DNA from: an uncultured Ignavibacteria bacterium
Lineage (GTDB): Bacteria; Zixibacteria; MSB-5A5; SM1-73
Assembly: GCA_964580215.1 (NCBI GenBank)
Contig: CAZOJT010000009.1
Location: 15,991 to 79,990, forward strand
Direction of reading: 5' to 3'
DNA length: 64,000 nt
Shown here piece after piece: positions 29,982 through 39,313 of the stretch (the first letter of the stretch is position 1; every line of letters begins with the position of its first letter). A program made the translations under genes and the position numbers. The notes beneath the pieces are model-generated. The model saw only the letters and a list, made by a program, of their open reading frames with translations. It searched no databases and had not been told where the DNA came from.

Positions 29982-30914
29982 TTGGGGCAGGGGTTTGGCC
30001 CCTGCCCCAACTTGAGGATACCTCGTATGCCCCTTAAAGCGCTTCTGCTTATTTTGGTCTCAGCCCTACTTCAAGCCTCCTTGAATCTTTTGATAAAGGG
30101 AAGCGAAAGAAAAGTCGCCTTTGTTGCCGGGGCATCTTTAATCAGTTTCATCCTCTACTTCCCGCTTTTTATGTGGGGACGAAGCTTCTTAGGGGAATCC
30201 AGCTACCCGGCAAGTCTCTGGTCGTGGATTGGTATTTTAGCCTGCGGAGGGACAGGTGCGGTCTACTACATATTCATAGGAAAAGCTTATGACAAAGTAG
30301 ACCTCTCTGTGGTCTTTCCGGTAACTCGTAGCTTTGGACCAATATTCATCTTGATCTTCGCTTTAATCCTGTTGAATGAAAAGGTGTCCTATCTGGGGTT
30401 TTTAGGTATTTTGATTACCGTCTTCGGCTCTTATGTGATTCATCTTCCTTCTTTTAAGCTTTCCCATCTTTCATTACCTTTCAAAGCATTCAAAAGCAAG
30501 CCTTTTCTCTTCTCAATGGCGGCGGGAGCGTGCACTGCCACGTATTCGCTGATAAACAAAAAGAACCTGGAGACAGTGGAGCCATTCATCTTGTATTATC
30601 TAATAATTGGCTTCATGACTTTGTTTTTGGTGATCTCTCTTCTGTTAAAAAAGAAAGGGAAACAAATCAGAGAGGAATTTAAGCACAACATAAAAGGTCT
30701 TTTCCTGATGGGACTTTTTGGCTTCATCAGCGCCGCTCTGTTTCTCTATGCTTTGCAGATGAGCAAGGTCAGCTATCTGGGGGCGGCAAGAAATATAAGC
30801 ATAGTTTTCGGAGTGATTCTGGGAAACTTCTTTCTCCAAGAAGGATATGGAAAGATGAGATTTTTTGCCTCCCTTTTGATCTTTACTGGAATATTTCTGC
30901 TTTCTGTGAGTTAA
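29982..30914 (+). CDS. EamA/DMT-family 10-TM transporter
   Basis: Two similar 5-TM halves. The start is probably at ~30027 (MPLKALLL), after the GGGGCAGGGGTTTGGCCCCTGCCCC hairpin. Confidence 0.7.
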   Translation: MGQGFGPCPNLRIPRMPLKALLLILVSALLQASLNLLIKGSERKVAFVAGASLISFILYFPLFMWGRSFLGESSYPASLWSWIGILACGGTGAVYYIFIGKAYDKVDLSVVFPVTRSFGPIFILIFALILLNEKVSYLGFLGILITVFGSYVIHLPSFKLSHLSLPFKAFKSKPFLFSMAAGACTATYSLINKKNLETVEPFILYYLIIGFMTLFLVISLLLKKKGKQIREEFKHNIKGLFLMGLFGFISAALFLYALQMSKVSYLGAARNISIVFGVILGNFFLQEGYGKMRFFASLLIFTGIFLLSVS

Positions 30915-30926
30915 ATTTAGGTGGAA

Positions 30927-30956
30927 GCCAGAACCTAACTTAAGGTAGGTTCTGGC
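30927..30956 (+). terminator. hairpin gccagaacctaacttaaggtaggttctggc (weak U-tract)
   Basis: 11-bp stem. Near-identical hairpin occurs again at 34996. Confidence 0.4.
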
Positions 30957-31222
30957 TTTAGACGCCTTTGGGGTTTCCCAAGACCGAAAAAGTATTATAC
31001 TTCTATTATCTTCTGCACAATTTTCTTTTCCATCCGAACAAATTTTGTGCGAAACAAAAAACAAAAGAAAAATTGGTTTACTATGGCGAATATTCTAATC
31101 GTTTGATATTTGGTTAGTTAGAACATCCAGTTAACCTTAAACATTAAGTCATCGAGTTTGGCACAAAGCTTGCTTTGATAATGGAAAGGATTATTAGGAA
31201 AGTTAGTTAGAAATATGGAGGT

Positions 31223-32050
31223 GTGAAAATGAAAAAAGTTTTTTTAATTTTGATCTTTCTATTTGGGTCGGTTTTCATTTTCGGCGGTTGTGAAGAGGAG
31301 GTCTATATAGTTCGATCGGATTGTACCCCTCCTTCGATGCCGAAAGGAGTTTATAGTATCACCGCGGATGAGGCGGTCTGGTTGTTCTGGGAAGCGAACG
31401 ATGAGAAAGATTTGGCCGGATACAGAATTTACAGGAAGACAAATCCAAACTCAAACAAATATTACCACCTTGCCACGGTAGACACTTCAGCCTATATTGA
31501 CTACAATGTAAAAAATGGAAACACTTATTACTATGGAGTAACTGCCTTCGACTATGATAGAAATGAGAGCGATTTTTCAGATGTGGCTTTTGACACCCCC
31601 AGACCGGAGGGATTCGATTGGAGGCTATATGATCATTTTTATAAACCCTCTCTTTCCGGTTTTGATTTCTCTGAAGAAGAGGTCCTGCACTGGCTGGATT
31701 CTGACGCAGATGTTTACTTGGAATACGATGATTATCTGGAAACTTTCTTTTTGTGCGTGGCGGACAGCATCACGGACATTCAGGATTTCGGTTACACAGA
31801 TCACTTAGATGATGTGGACTGGTCACCATCAGATGGGTGGTCTAAGGTTGGCTGGGTAGAGGTGGTAGAGGGACATTCCTACATAGTCTGGACTGCGGAT
31901 GATCATTATGCTAAACTCAGGGTAGGAGAAATTATTGGCAACACCAAGATATATTTTGACTGGGCGTATCAAATAGATGGGGGAAATCAGGAGCTTGCTC
32001 CCAGACCACCTCATAGAGAGAATTATCTGAGGGTGGCTGTGAAAAGATAG
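31223..32050 (+). CDS. lipoprotein with N-terminal fibronectin type III-like domain
   Basis: Lipobox (FGGC). YRIYRK…YYYGVTAFD is an FN3-like pattern. An SD (ggagg) precedes the start. Confidence 0.6.
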   Translation: MKMKKVFLILIFLFGSVFIFGGCEEEVYIVRSDCTPPSMPKGVYSITADEAVWLFWEANDEKDLAGYRIYRKTNPNSNKYYHLATVDTSAYIDYNVKNGNTYYYGVTAFDYDRNESDFSDVAFDTPRPEGFDWRLYDHFYKPSLSGFDFSEEEVLHWLDSDADVYLEYDDYLETFFLCVADSITDIQDFGYTDHLDDVDWSPSDGWSKVGWVEVVEGHSYIVWTADDHYAKLRVGEIIGNTKIYFDWAYQIDGGNQELAPRPPHRENYLRVAVKR

Positions 32051-32087
32051 AGTCAAGGGTCAAGAGTCAAGGGTCAAGGGTCAAGGG
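32050..32087. repeat. GGGTCAAG octamer tandem repeat
   Basis: gagtcaagggtcaagagtcaagggtcaagggtcaaggg. Confidence 0.7.
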
Positions 32088-32208
32088 AAAGAGATACATG
32101 AGAAAAAAGAGACTTAGAGTTAAATCAAATGAATGACGGATTGATCGGGTGAGAATATCAATCAAAAAGATAACCGCCCATCTGGGCGACAAAAAGGGAG
32201 TGAGTAAG

Positions 32209-33660
32209 ATGTTGAAAATAACCAGATTGATAAGGCTTGTTTTAATTTTCAGTTTATGTTTTTCCGCAAGCTTATTTTGGGGGATAAGAAGCTTTGCCGA
32301 AGTAACCGGAGGCATGGTCCATGATTATGATGACTCTTACGGGGTGAAACATCGGGTCATCTCCGATCCCTATTTGGATGTGGAGGTTTGGGTGGATAAG
32401 GGGGAGGGAGCCACTTACTATCCGGGTGAGGATATAAAAATCTATTTCCAAGCTTCGCGCGACTGCTACTTGGTGATCTATAACATAGATGCCAGAGGAT
32501 ATGTCCATCTACTCTACCCGTATGATTCAGCAGACGATTATTATGTTGAGGGTGGAAGGGTCTATAGAATCCCGGATAGGTTTGATGATTACGATCTGAC
32601 CGTAAACGGACCCAGCGGAGTGGAATATATCCAGGCAGTGGCAAGCTTGGAGCCTTTAGTTCTTCCCAACTTCCCTGGTGAATATTCGTATGAGGGTGAA
32701 ATATACGCATACCAACTGGATGGAGAGGATCCATTTGAATTCATGGCGGAGATAAATGCTGAAATCGCACCTTATGATTATGCCTCCGATGTCTGTATAT
32801 TTAGCGTAGACTACCAATACCCTAAGTGGTATTACTGGCCCCGGGTGGTATACGTGGATCGGCCGGTTGACATATATTGGGGGGGCGTTTATTTCGATTA
32901 TCCCTGGGGCGTGGAGGTATGGATTGACGGAGTCTTCTATGGAATCACCCCTATAACCATTCCGGCACTGGTGGTGGGAAGGCATTACGTAAGCTTCTGG
33001 TTTCATGGATGCTGGATCTGGAGAGACTGGTTTCGGGTGAGACGAGATTGCACCATAAGAGTATGGGCTGACTGTCACGATAGATACAGATATGTGAAGG
33101 AGAGGTTTGTAGAAAAAAGCTACCGGGCGGAGAAAGCTAAAAGAAGAAGGGGAGCTGGGGATATGGGTGGATTGGTGAAACCGGTTCGACATGTGGAGAA
33201 GGGAAGAAAAGCTTTAGCTGAGGTTTCACGTATCAAGAAAGAAAAGGAATTCAGAAAGGAACCGTCGGTAAAGCGAAGGGGACTTAAGGATCGTCCTGCT
33301 CCCTCACGCATAACCGCTAAACCAAAACCGAGCAAGATAGATAAAATCACCAGGGCTAAAAGCATCCGGAGGTCTTCGCCTTCCGAAAAAGCTACTTCCA
33401 TGGATAAAAGAAAGGCAAGAGCAAAGAAAATAATATCAATGGGTAAAACGTCAAAAAAGATAGTGAGAGATAATAAGCTTAACCGCCCAAATCAGCCATC
33501 AAAGGTAACGCAGAAGATGCGGAAAAGCGAAAGCTCAAAACCAAAGATTAGTAAGGCAAAAATAAGCAACAGAGAAAAAAGAGTGTCAAAATCAGCTGGC
33601 GTCAGGAAAACGCATGTCAAGGAGACAAGGGATAGCAAGCCGGGGAAGAGAAGAAGATAA
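32209..33660 (+). CDS. secreted DUF4384-like + PEGA-like domain protein with ~200-aa K/R/S-rich basic C-terminal tail
   Basis: The start was chosen at MLKITRLIRLV (signal peptide, SD agggag). YYPGEDIKIYFQASRDCYLVIYNIDARGYVHLLYP resembles DUF4384. The tail is extremely basic and of low complexity. Confidence 0.6.
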   Translation: MLKITRLIRLVLIFSLCFSASLFWGIRSFAEVTGGMVHDYDDSYGVKHRVISDPYLDVEVWVDKGEGATYYPGEDIKIYFQASRDCYLVIYNIDARGYVHLLYPYDSADDYYVEGGRVYRIPDRFDDYDLTVNGPSGVEYIQAVASLEPLVLPNFPGEYSYEGEIYAYQLDGEDPFEFMAEINAEIAPYDYASDVCIFSVDYQYPKWYYWPRVVYVDRPVDIYWGGVYFDYPWGVEVWIDGVFYGITPITIPALVVGRHYVSFWFHGCWIWRDWFRVRRDCTIRVWADCHDRYRYVKERFVEKSYRAEKAKRRRGAGDMGGLVKPVRHVEKGRKALAEVSRIKKEKEFRKEPSVKRRGLKDRPAPSRITAKPKPSKIDKITRAKSIRRSSPSEKATSMDKRKARAKKIISMGKTSKKIVRDNKLNRPNQPSKVTQKMRKSESSKPKISKAKISNREKRVSKSAGVRKTHVKETRDSKPGKRRR

Positions 33661-33941
33661 TGATTCCCTTGCTTTCCGGTGGTGTTCTTCACCAGGGAGA
33701 CAAACGGCGGGTGAGGAACACCCGCCTGAACAGGGGAGGGATAAGCAAACTTTTTACCATTTGTTGTTGCCCAATTTATTCGCAGTATCTTGAGATTGGG
33801 CTTTTCACAGGCTGGATCACCCTACCTTTGGCAGGGGATTTTCAATAAATCGAGCAACTACGGAGAAAAGGGATTCTTAAAAAAAGCTCAATATCAGTTT
33901 GAACATCACCAAAATTAAAAAAATGGAGTCTTGCTGGAAAT

Positions 33942-33968
33942 TTGACAATATGATGAGTGACATATAAT
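33942..33968 (+). promoter_or_regulatory. sigma70-like promoter (TTGACA-15nt-TATAAT)
   Basis: Consensus hexamers with a short spacer; no obvious CDS immediately downstream. Confidence 0.4.
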
Positions 33969-34116
33969 AGAATTTTTCACAACGGAAGGAAAGGGGTAGC
34001 CGCAGATCAATTGACTTCCTATGGATCCATATGGACAAATGAGCTTTAGTCTGCGAGGAAGGGATGCAATGTTTAGGAAATTCTCCAAGAGGGTGTGTCA
34101 AGTAAATTGTGTGAGA

Positions 34117-34234
34117 GTTCTGAAAAAGTCATTTTTGCGGGGCTGGGAGCCCCGCCTACGCGGGACTAAGTTATTTAATACCCAACCGCGTAGGACCCGC
34201 CTCGGGCAGGCCAAACCCTGGCATTTCTTCAGAG
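34117..34234. repeat. MITE-like element copy B (CTCTGAAAAAG...CTTTTTCAGAG family)
   Basis: About 85% identical to 5767-5889. Confidence 0.7.
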
Positions 34235-34272
34235 ATATCTGTGTAAATTTGTTTTTTTGAATGAGTAAACTG

Positions 34273-34300
34273 TTGACAAGTGGCGCAGTTAGGCTATATT
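34273..34300 (+). promoter_or_regulatory. sigma70-like promoter (TTGACA-16nt-TATATT) for the K-rich protein gene
   Basis: Hexamers lie ~85 nt upstream of the start. Confidence 0.4.
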
Positions 34301-34385
34301 AAATTAGCCATTCTAAATTATGGCTTAAGGTTTTCGGTTAACCGTGATATTGCTCAAAAAATATTACTGATGAGAGGTGAGAGAG

Positions 34386-34937
34386 ATGAAGAAGATTTTT
34401 GTCGTTTTTGTGTGTATCCTGACCACCGTGGCTTTTCTTTCTTCGGCTTCTGCCATCGACCGAAGTTCCAAAAGCAACAGTTCAGATACGAAAGAGAAGC
34501 CAACCAAGATTAAAGAGATCAAAGAAAAAAAGACCACCAAGGAAAAGGCTGGAACGGTTACCTCCTCAAAGGAGGGTGTCCAGAAAAGGGAAGACAAAGA
34601 CGCGGTTGCGCCCAAAGAATCATCAAAGAAAATCAAGGGGTGGTTTAAGACAAAAAAGAGCAAGGAGAAATATGATTATTTCATAGATAGAAACAATAAT
34701 GGCATTGATGATCGGTTAGAAAGGGACGTAAAGGCAAGAAGCATAAAAAAGCAAGAACCTCTTAAGAAGCAAGAGACCATTAAGAAGCGGCCTTCTGTCC
34801 CTGCAGAAAAAGCGCCGGCAAAAGTGAGCCCCTCCATCAAAACGCCGAAAAAAGTAAAGGAAACAAAGGTAAGCGAACAGAAAAAAGAGACAAAAGTAAA
34901 GAAGACTGAGAAGAAGAGAGAAGGAGACAAAAGATAA
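34386..34937 (+). CDS. secreted lysine/glutamate-rich low-complexity protein
   Basis: Signal peptide, then K/E/T-rich sequence. One EF-hand-like loop (DRNNNGIDDRLE). Confidence 0.55.
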   Translation: MKKIFVVFVCILTTVAFLSSASAIDRSSKSNSSDTKEKPTKIKEIKEKKTTKEKAGTVTSSKEGVQKREDKDAVAPKESSKKIKGWFKTKKSKEKYDYFIDRNNNGIDDRLERDVKARSIKKQEPLKKQETIKKRPSVPAEKAPAKVSPSIKTPKKVKETKVSEQKKETKVKKTEKKREGDKR

Positions 34938-34995
34938 TTTCTGGTTTATAAGACCTTAGCCAACATATCATCCAAATTGGTTAATAGAAGCAAAA

Positions 34996-35032
34996 GCCAG
35001 AACCTAACTTAAGTTAGGCTCTGGCTTTTTTT
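34996..35032 (+). terminator. rho-independent terminator
   Basis: gccagaacctaacttaagttaggctctggc stem followed by TTTTTTT. Confidence 0.65.
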
Positions 35033-35244
35033 GATGTGCTTTTCTGAAAAAACATGTTTTTAATCACTGCTTGGTGAGATATTATCATCCCCAGCCTTTC
35101 GGAACCCAAAAACAGACGAAATCTTTTGCCAGCAAAGGTTAAGAATCATAAATTTTCTCCCGATTAGTATTTTATGGATGAAAGTATGTGCATTAAGGGA
35201 GAGGTCTGTGTTTAGGGATTTAACCCTCAAGTTCATTTCTGAGC

Positions 35245-36447
35245 ATGAACGTTAAAACTAAAGAAGTGGGGCTTACCGGAAATCTGCGGACGGTTTCTTT
35301 ATCCGACCTGCTACAGTTGATCAGTGCGGCTGGAAAGACGGGAATGCTTCTGATCTCCCGGGATGACCAGAAAAGAGAGATATATTTCATGAAGGGAAAT
35401 ATCATCTACGCCTCCTCCTCGGGAAACGAAGATGAGCTTTTAGGAAATCTTGTTCTAAGGAGGAGGAAGATTCTCGAGCCAGATCTTAAGAGAGCTTTAA
35501 GCCTTCAGAAGCTGACCCGGAAAAGATTGGGCGCCATCCTCCTGGAGATGGGGGTTTTAACCAAAGAGGAGTTGATAGAATGCTTACAATATCAGATAGA
35601 GGAGATAATTTATAACCTGTTTGGCTGGAATTCAGGCGAGTTCATCTTTTACGAGGGGAGGTTGCCACCGGCAGACCAAATCACCACCCAGCTCAATACC
35701 ATGAACGTGATCATGGAGGGATCAAGGAGGATCGATGAATGGATACAAATCCAAAAAATTCTTCCGCCTGATGACGTGAAACTTCAGATGGTAAAAAATC
35801 CCAGGATAAAGTCGAGCACAGTGACCATGCCTGTAAATGACATACAGCTACTTCCCTTCATCGATGGAGAGAGAACCATCTCCGAGCTTTTGCAGGTAAG
35901 CCCTTTGAGCGAATTTTACACACGCAAGGCGTTATATAACCTGATCACTTCTGGCTTGGTTGAGGCAGGGGAGAAAAAAAAGATAAGAAAACAAGAGACG
36001 AACGGAGAGAAGCTCCTTTTGTATGTGATGATCAAACTATACTCTCAGTCCTATCAGACCATTGAGAAAATGGCCTCCCAAAAGTTGGGAGAGGGAGCCA
36101 AGAGGATTTTAAAGAGATGTTTTGACGCTCAAAAGTCTTTAAACCCTCTCTTGAGTAAACTGGAAAGCTCTGAGAATTTCTTAGACTTTCGCCATCTGGA
36201 AAACTCGGTAAATAAAATCCGTCAGCCCATCCGATTTCACAAGCTGATGGATGGATTAAATGATCTGCTTTTAGAATTCTTGAGATCTATCTCCAGAAGT
36301 TTGGGAAGAAACTTAACCAGGCAGGTTATCTCTCAGATCAAGAAGGAGACAGCCCAGGTGGTAGCTGAGCAGAGATGGATTGCAAAAGAGTATGAGTTGG
36401 AAGAAGAGCTTTTGAAAACTCTAAAGAAAAGCCAGCGATGTTTATAG
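35245..36447 (+). CDS. DUF4388 (PatA-N-like) domain protein with T2SSE_N/GspII-like helical repeat
   Basis: N-terminus LSDLLQLISAAGKTGMLLISRDDQKREIYFMKGNIIYASS resembles DUF4388. KRLGAILLEMGVLTKEELIECLQ resembles the PilB/GspE N-terminal domain motif. Confidence 0.65.
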   Translation: MNVKTKEVGLTGNLRTVSLSDLLQLISAAGKTGMLLISRDDQKREIYFMKGNIIYASSSGNEDELLGNLVLRRRKILEPDLKRALSLQKLTRKRLGAILLEMGVLTKEELIECLQYQIEEIIYNLFGWNSGEFIFYEGRLPPADQITTQLNTMNVIMEGSRRIDEWIQIQKILPPDDVKLQMVKNPRIKSSTVTMPVNDIQLLPFIDGERTISELLQVSPLSEFYTRKALYNLITSGLVEAGEKKKIRKQETNGEKLLLYVMIKLYSQSYQTIEKMASQKLGEGAKRILKRCFDAQKSLNPLLSKLESSENFLDFRHLENSVNKIRQPIRFHKLMDGLNDLLLEFLRSISRSLGRNLTRQVISQIKKETAQVVAEQRWIAKEYELEEELLKTLKKSQRCL

Positions 36448-36878
36448 AAAAACTTCATAAGTTCTTGAAAGGAAATATAAGTAGAAAACTAACCTGTGTT
36501 ATCAGCTTCTGGTTGGTATTTTTTTCTGCACAGGTCTCCTTCGCCTATGAAAGTGCCGATATTTTCCGGGCGGAGATTCGAGGCTCCGGCTCTTTATCGG
36601 TTCTTTCAGCACTTTTTGATATTTTGCTTCTGGTGGGGGCGTTTGCCTGTTTTCTTATCTCGGTGAGAGTTAAATCATTCTTAAAAGATGGGGAGCTGGC
36701 TTCCGGATGGACTCTTTTTTCGCTCTCCTTTGTCCTTTTGTTTGTGGCTCAGCTTCTTAGCTTTTCTTTAAGCGTTGGTCTTCTGAATATCTCCCCCAAC
36801 ATAATCTCCTCACTTCGTGTTTTGTTTATCCTTTTTTTAGCTTCTGGTATTTACTTTATGAAAAAAGTCCTGAGTTGA
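36438..36878 (+). CDS. small 4-TM membrane protein
   Basis: Overlaps the upstream stop by 10 nt (translational coupling); hydrophobic segments. Confidence 0.5.
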   Translation: MFIEKLHKFLKGNISRKLTCVISFWLVFFSAQVSFAYESADIFRAEIRGSGSLSVLSALFDILLLVGAFACFLISVRVKSFLKDGELASGWTLFSLSFVLLFVAQLLSFSLSVGLLNISPNIISSLRVLFILFLASGIYFMKKVLS

Positions 36879-37138
36879 TCTGACACCTTTAAGTTTATCA
36901 GTCTTATGAACTTTCGGATTTCTCTCAAGCCCAGAAAGTAAGGGGACTTAGCCCCATTTTTTCAACCACCAAAGTTAAGTAACCGAATTTGACTGTCGAT
37001 AAACCTATTAGTTAAATCTTAAGGGTCTTCGGATTTGTCTTAAAACATCTATCCCGGGGAATCGCATCTTTGTCGGAGGTGAATTTTTGTAGCATCTGTG
37101 GTTTAGGGGGGGAAGTGTAGCTTAAGCTGAGAGGATTT

Positions 37139-37987
37139 ATGCAGCCAACTGTACAGTTGGATGAAAGAATCTCCAAATGTGAGGAGATTTTAGCTCACAA
37201 TCCCGAATCCATGATTTTTGCGGCCCTATCGGATGCCTATCGTAAGAAGGGAGATTTGGCTAAAGCGTTTCATGCCTGCACTCGAGGTTTAAAGCTTCAT
37301 CCCGATTACGGTCCCGGACATCTGGTGATGGCAAAGATCAACATGGAAAGAGGAATGTATTCCGAGGCGGAAAAGGAGCTTGCTCTGGCGGTTCAGGCAG
37401 ATGGCAAAACCAGAGCCACCGAGCTTCTTCTGGCTCAGATTCTCATGAAGAAAGATCAAATAAAAGATGCCAAAAAGATCTTAGAAAAGCTCAAAGCCAC
37501 TGATCCGGAAAATGAGGTGGTGGGCGAGCTTCTGAAGTCTATAAAGCAAAAAGCGGATTTCGGCAGGATCCATGGGACCGACAAGCCGGGCTACGATGTG
37601 ATGACGGTGCAGGAACGCTGGCATATAGAGAAGGTGGTGGATCTTAAAGACGGGGTGCATTATTTGAAATCCCTGCCGGACGTATTGGGGGCGTTGGTGG
37701 TAGGAGAGGATGGATTGGTGCTGGAGAGCAGGCTAAACCCCAATTTTAAAAAAGAGCGAATCGGGGCAATCGCCACTTGCATCACCCAATGTGTGAAAGA
37801 TGGGGTAGGTGGGATAGGGTTTGGAGAATATGAACAGGTCTTGATAGAGACGGAAAACCTTGAGTTTTGGATAATGAAATTCAACAACCAAGCTTTTGTA
37901 TTGTGTTGTGCCCCAGAAGCCAATCTGGGAGCTTTAAAGATAAGAGTGGGTGAGCTTCTGGAACACCTCTCCAGAAACCTTGAATAA
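37139..37987 (+). CDS. TPR repeat + Roadblock/LC7 domain fusion protein
   Basis: N-terminal TPR-like helices. C-terminal LGALVVGEDGLVLESRL…FWIMKFNNQAFVLCCAPEANLGALKIRV is the Roadblock/LC7 pattern. Confidence 0.7.
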   Translation: MQPTVQLDERISKCEEILAHNPESMIFAALSDAYRKKGDLAKAFHACTRGLKLHPDYGPGHLVMAKINMERGMYSEAEKELALAVQADGKTRATELLLAQILMKKDQIKDAKKILEKLKATDPENEVVGELLKSIKQKADFGRIHGTDKPGYDVMTVQERWHIEKVVDLKDGVHYLKSLPDVLGALVVGEDGLVLESRLNPNFKKERIGAIATCITQCVKDGVGGIGFGEYEQVLIETENLEFWIMKFNNQAFVLCCAPEANLGALKIRVGELLEHLSRNLE

Positions 37988-37999
37988 GAGGGAGGTAAG

Positions 38000-38929
38000 G
38001 TGAATTCTGATTACAGAGGGGAGTTGAGAGGAGTTCTTTTGGTCTCCTTTTTTATCATGGTGGTTCCACTGATATTCTTCCCCAGGGATTTCGGGCTGAA
38101 ATTGGATTGGTCGCTCTTTTTGCTTTTCGCTTTTGAGTTGGGCTGGTATATGCTGATCCTGTTTGTCATGTTTTCCAAAGCATCAGCTCCAAAGGTGTTT
38201 CTATTTGGCCTGTTGACTCTGGGCTATCGAATTGGCTTGGGCATTGGATTTGGTATACTTCTTCTGGTTATGTTTCCTTTGTCTTTATCCTCCTCGCTTC
38301 AGTTGGGAATCTGTCAATATATGCCGGCTTTTCTTCTTCAAGCTTTGATGTCTCCATTTGTGCTCAAATCACTTTTTGAATCCTCTATGGGGAAAACAAA
38401 AAAAGCTGAAGAGACGCCAATGGAGTTTGAGCGAAGGGTTGCAGAACCCCTTCCTTCTTCTTTTACTCCTGAAATATCAAAAGAGAGGTTAGATGGCAGA
38501 AGATCAATTCCCTCACAAAAGGAGATTAAGGTGGCAGGAGAAGACAAATTAGAAAACATTTTGCACTACCTGAGAGAGTATGCCGGAGTGAAGGCGGCTA
38601 TTCTGGTGGATCAAGAGGGTTTGGTGGTGGCGAAAGATTCTTTATCCGATTATGATCCGGAGAAGGTTGCCTCCTTCGCTCGGTGCTTGAAGGAGACGAA
38701 TGACCAAATACTTCACAAGATGGGAGAGAAGACCTCGGAACGAATTGGAATTTATACCCCGGATATGTGGATATGCTTAAATCAGATAGAAGGCTTCACA
38801 TTGGTGGTGGTGTCCGATCGCCGCACGGATGAGTTGCTTTCGGTTCGAATATTACAGTCCACCGGAATGATAAAGAAAATTCTTTCCGAGAGGTACCAGC
38901 AAAATATCCTAAAAGTTGTGGAGGCATGA
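38000..38929 (+). CDS. membrane-anchored (4-TM) Roadblock/LC7 domain protein
   Basis: N-terminal TM helices. C-terminal AAILVDQEGLVVAKDS…FTLVVVSDRRTDELLSVRI is a Roadblock fold. Confidence 0.65.
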   Translation: MNSDYRGELRGVLLVSFFIMVVPLIFFPRDFGLKLDWSLFLLFAFELGWYMLILFVMFSKASAPKVFLFGLLTLGYRIGLGIGFGILLLVMFPLSLSSSLQLGICQYMPAFLLQALMSPFVLKSLFESSMGKTKKAEETPMEFERRVAEPLPSSFTPEISKERLDGRRSIPSQKEIKVAGEDKLENILHYLREYAGVKAAILVDQEGLVVAKDSLSDYDPEKVASFARCLKETNDQILHKMGEKTSERIGIYTPDMWICLNQIEGFTLVVVSDRRTDELLSVRILQSTGMIKKILSERYQQNILKVVEA

Positions 38930-39281
38930 TATGTATAAAATATTGGAAGAGCTGAACAAAACTACCGGGATCAACGGCAGCATGGTAGTAGGAGAGGACG
39001 GCATCGTGATCGCCGCTGATTTAAATACCCAGCTTCAAGACGAGGCAGTGGGGGCTTTGGCGGCTTCCATCGTCAGCACGGTCAAGAAGTCGATGGAACG
39101 CCTTTCCAATGAGGATTTAAAACAGATAACCGTGGAGGCCGGCAAAGGCAAGTTATTTTTTACCGAAGTGGGGATAGGCATCCTGGCGGTCACCACGGAT
39201 TCTCAGGTAAATGTGGGGCTGGTTCGGCTGGAGATAAAAAATGCGGCGGAAAAAATAAAGCTTGCCCGAAAGTCCGCCTGA
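38916..39281 (+). CDS. Roadblock/LC7 domain protein (MglB paralogue, MglC-like)
   Basis: 121 aa: INGSMVVGEDGIVIAADL…ILAVTTDSQVNVGLVRLEI. Overlaps the upstream gene by 14 nt. Confidence 0.7.
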   Translation: MWRHDMYKILEELNKTTGINGSMVVGEDGIVIAADLNTQLQDEAVGALAASIVSTVKKSMERLSNEDLKQITVEAGKGKLFFTEVGIGILAVTTDSQVNVGLVRLEIKNAAEKIKLARKSA

Positions 39282-39313
39282 GACAGTCTGAAGTTGCCAA
39301 ATGGAGACAAAAG

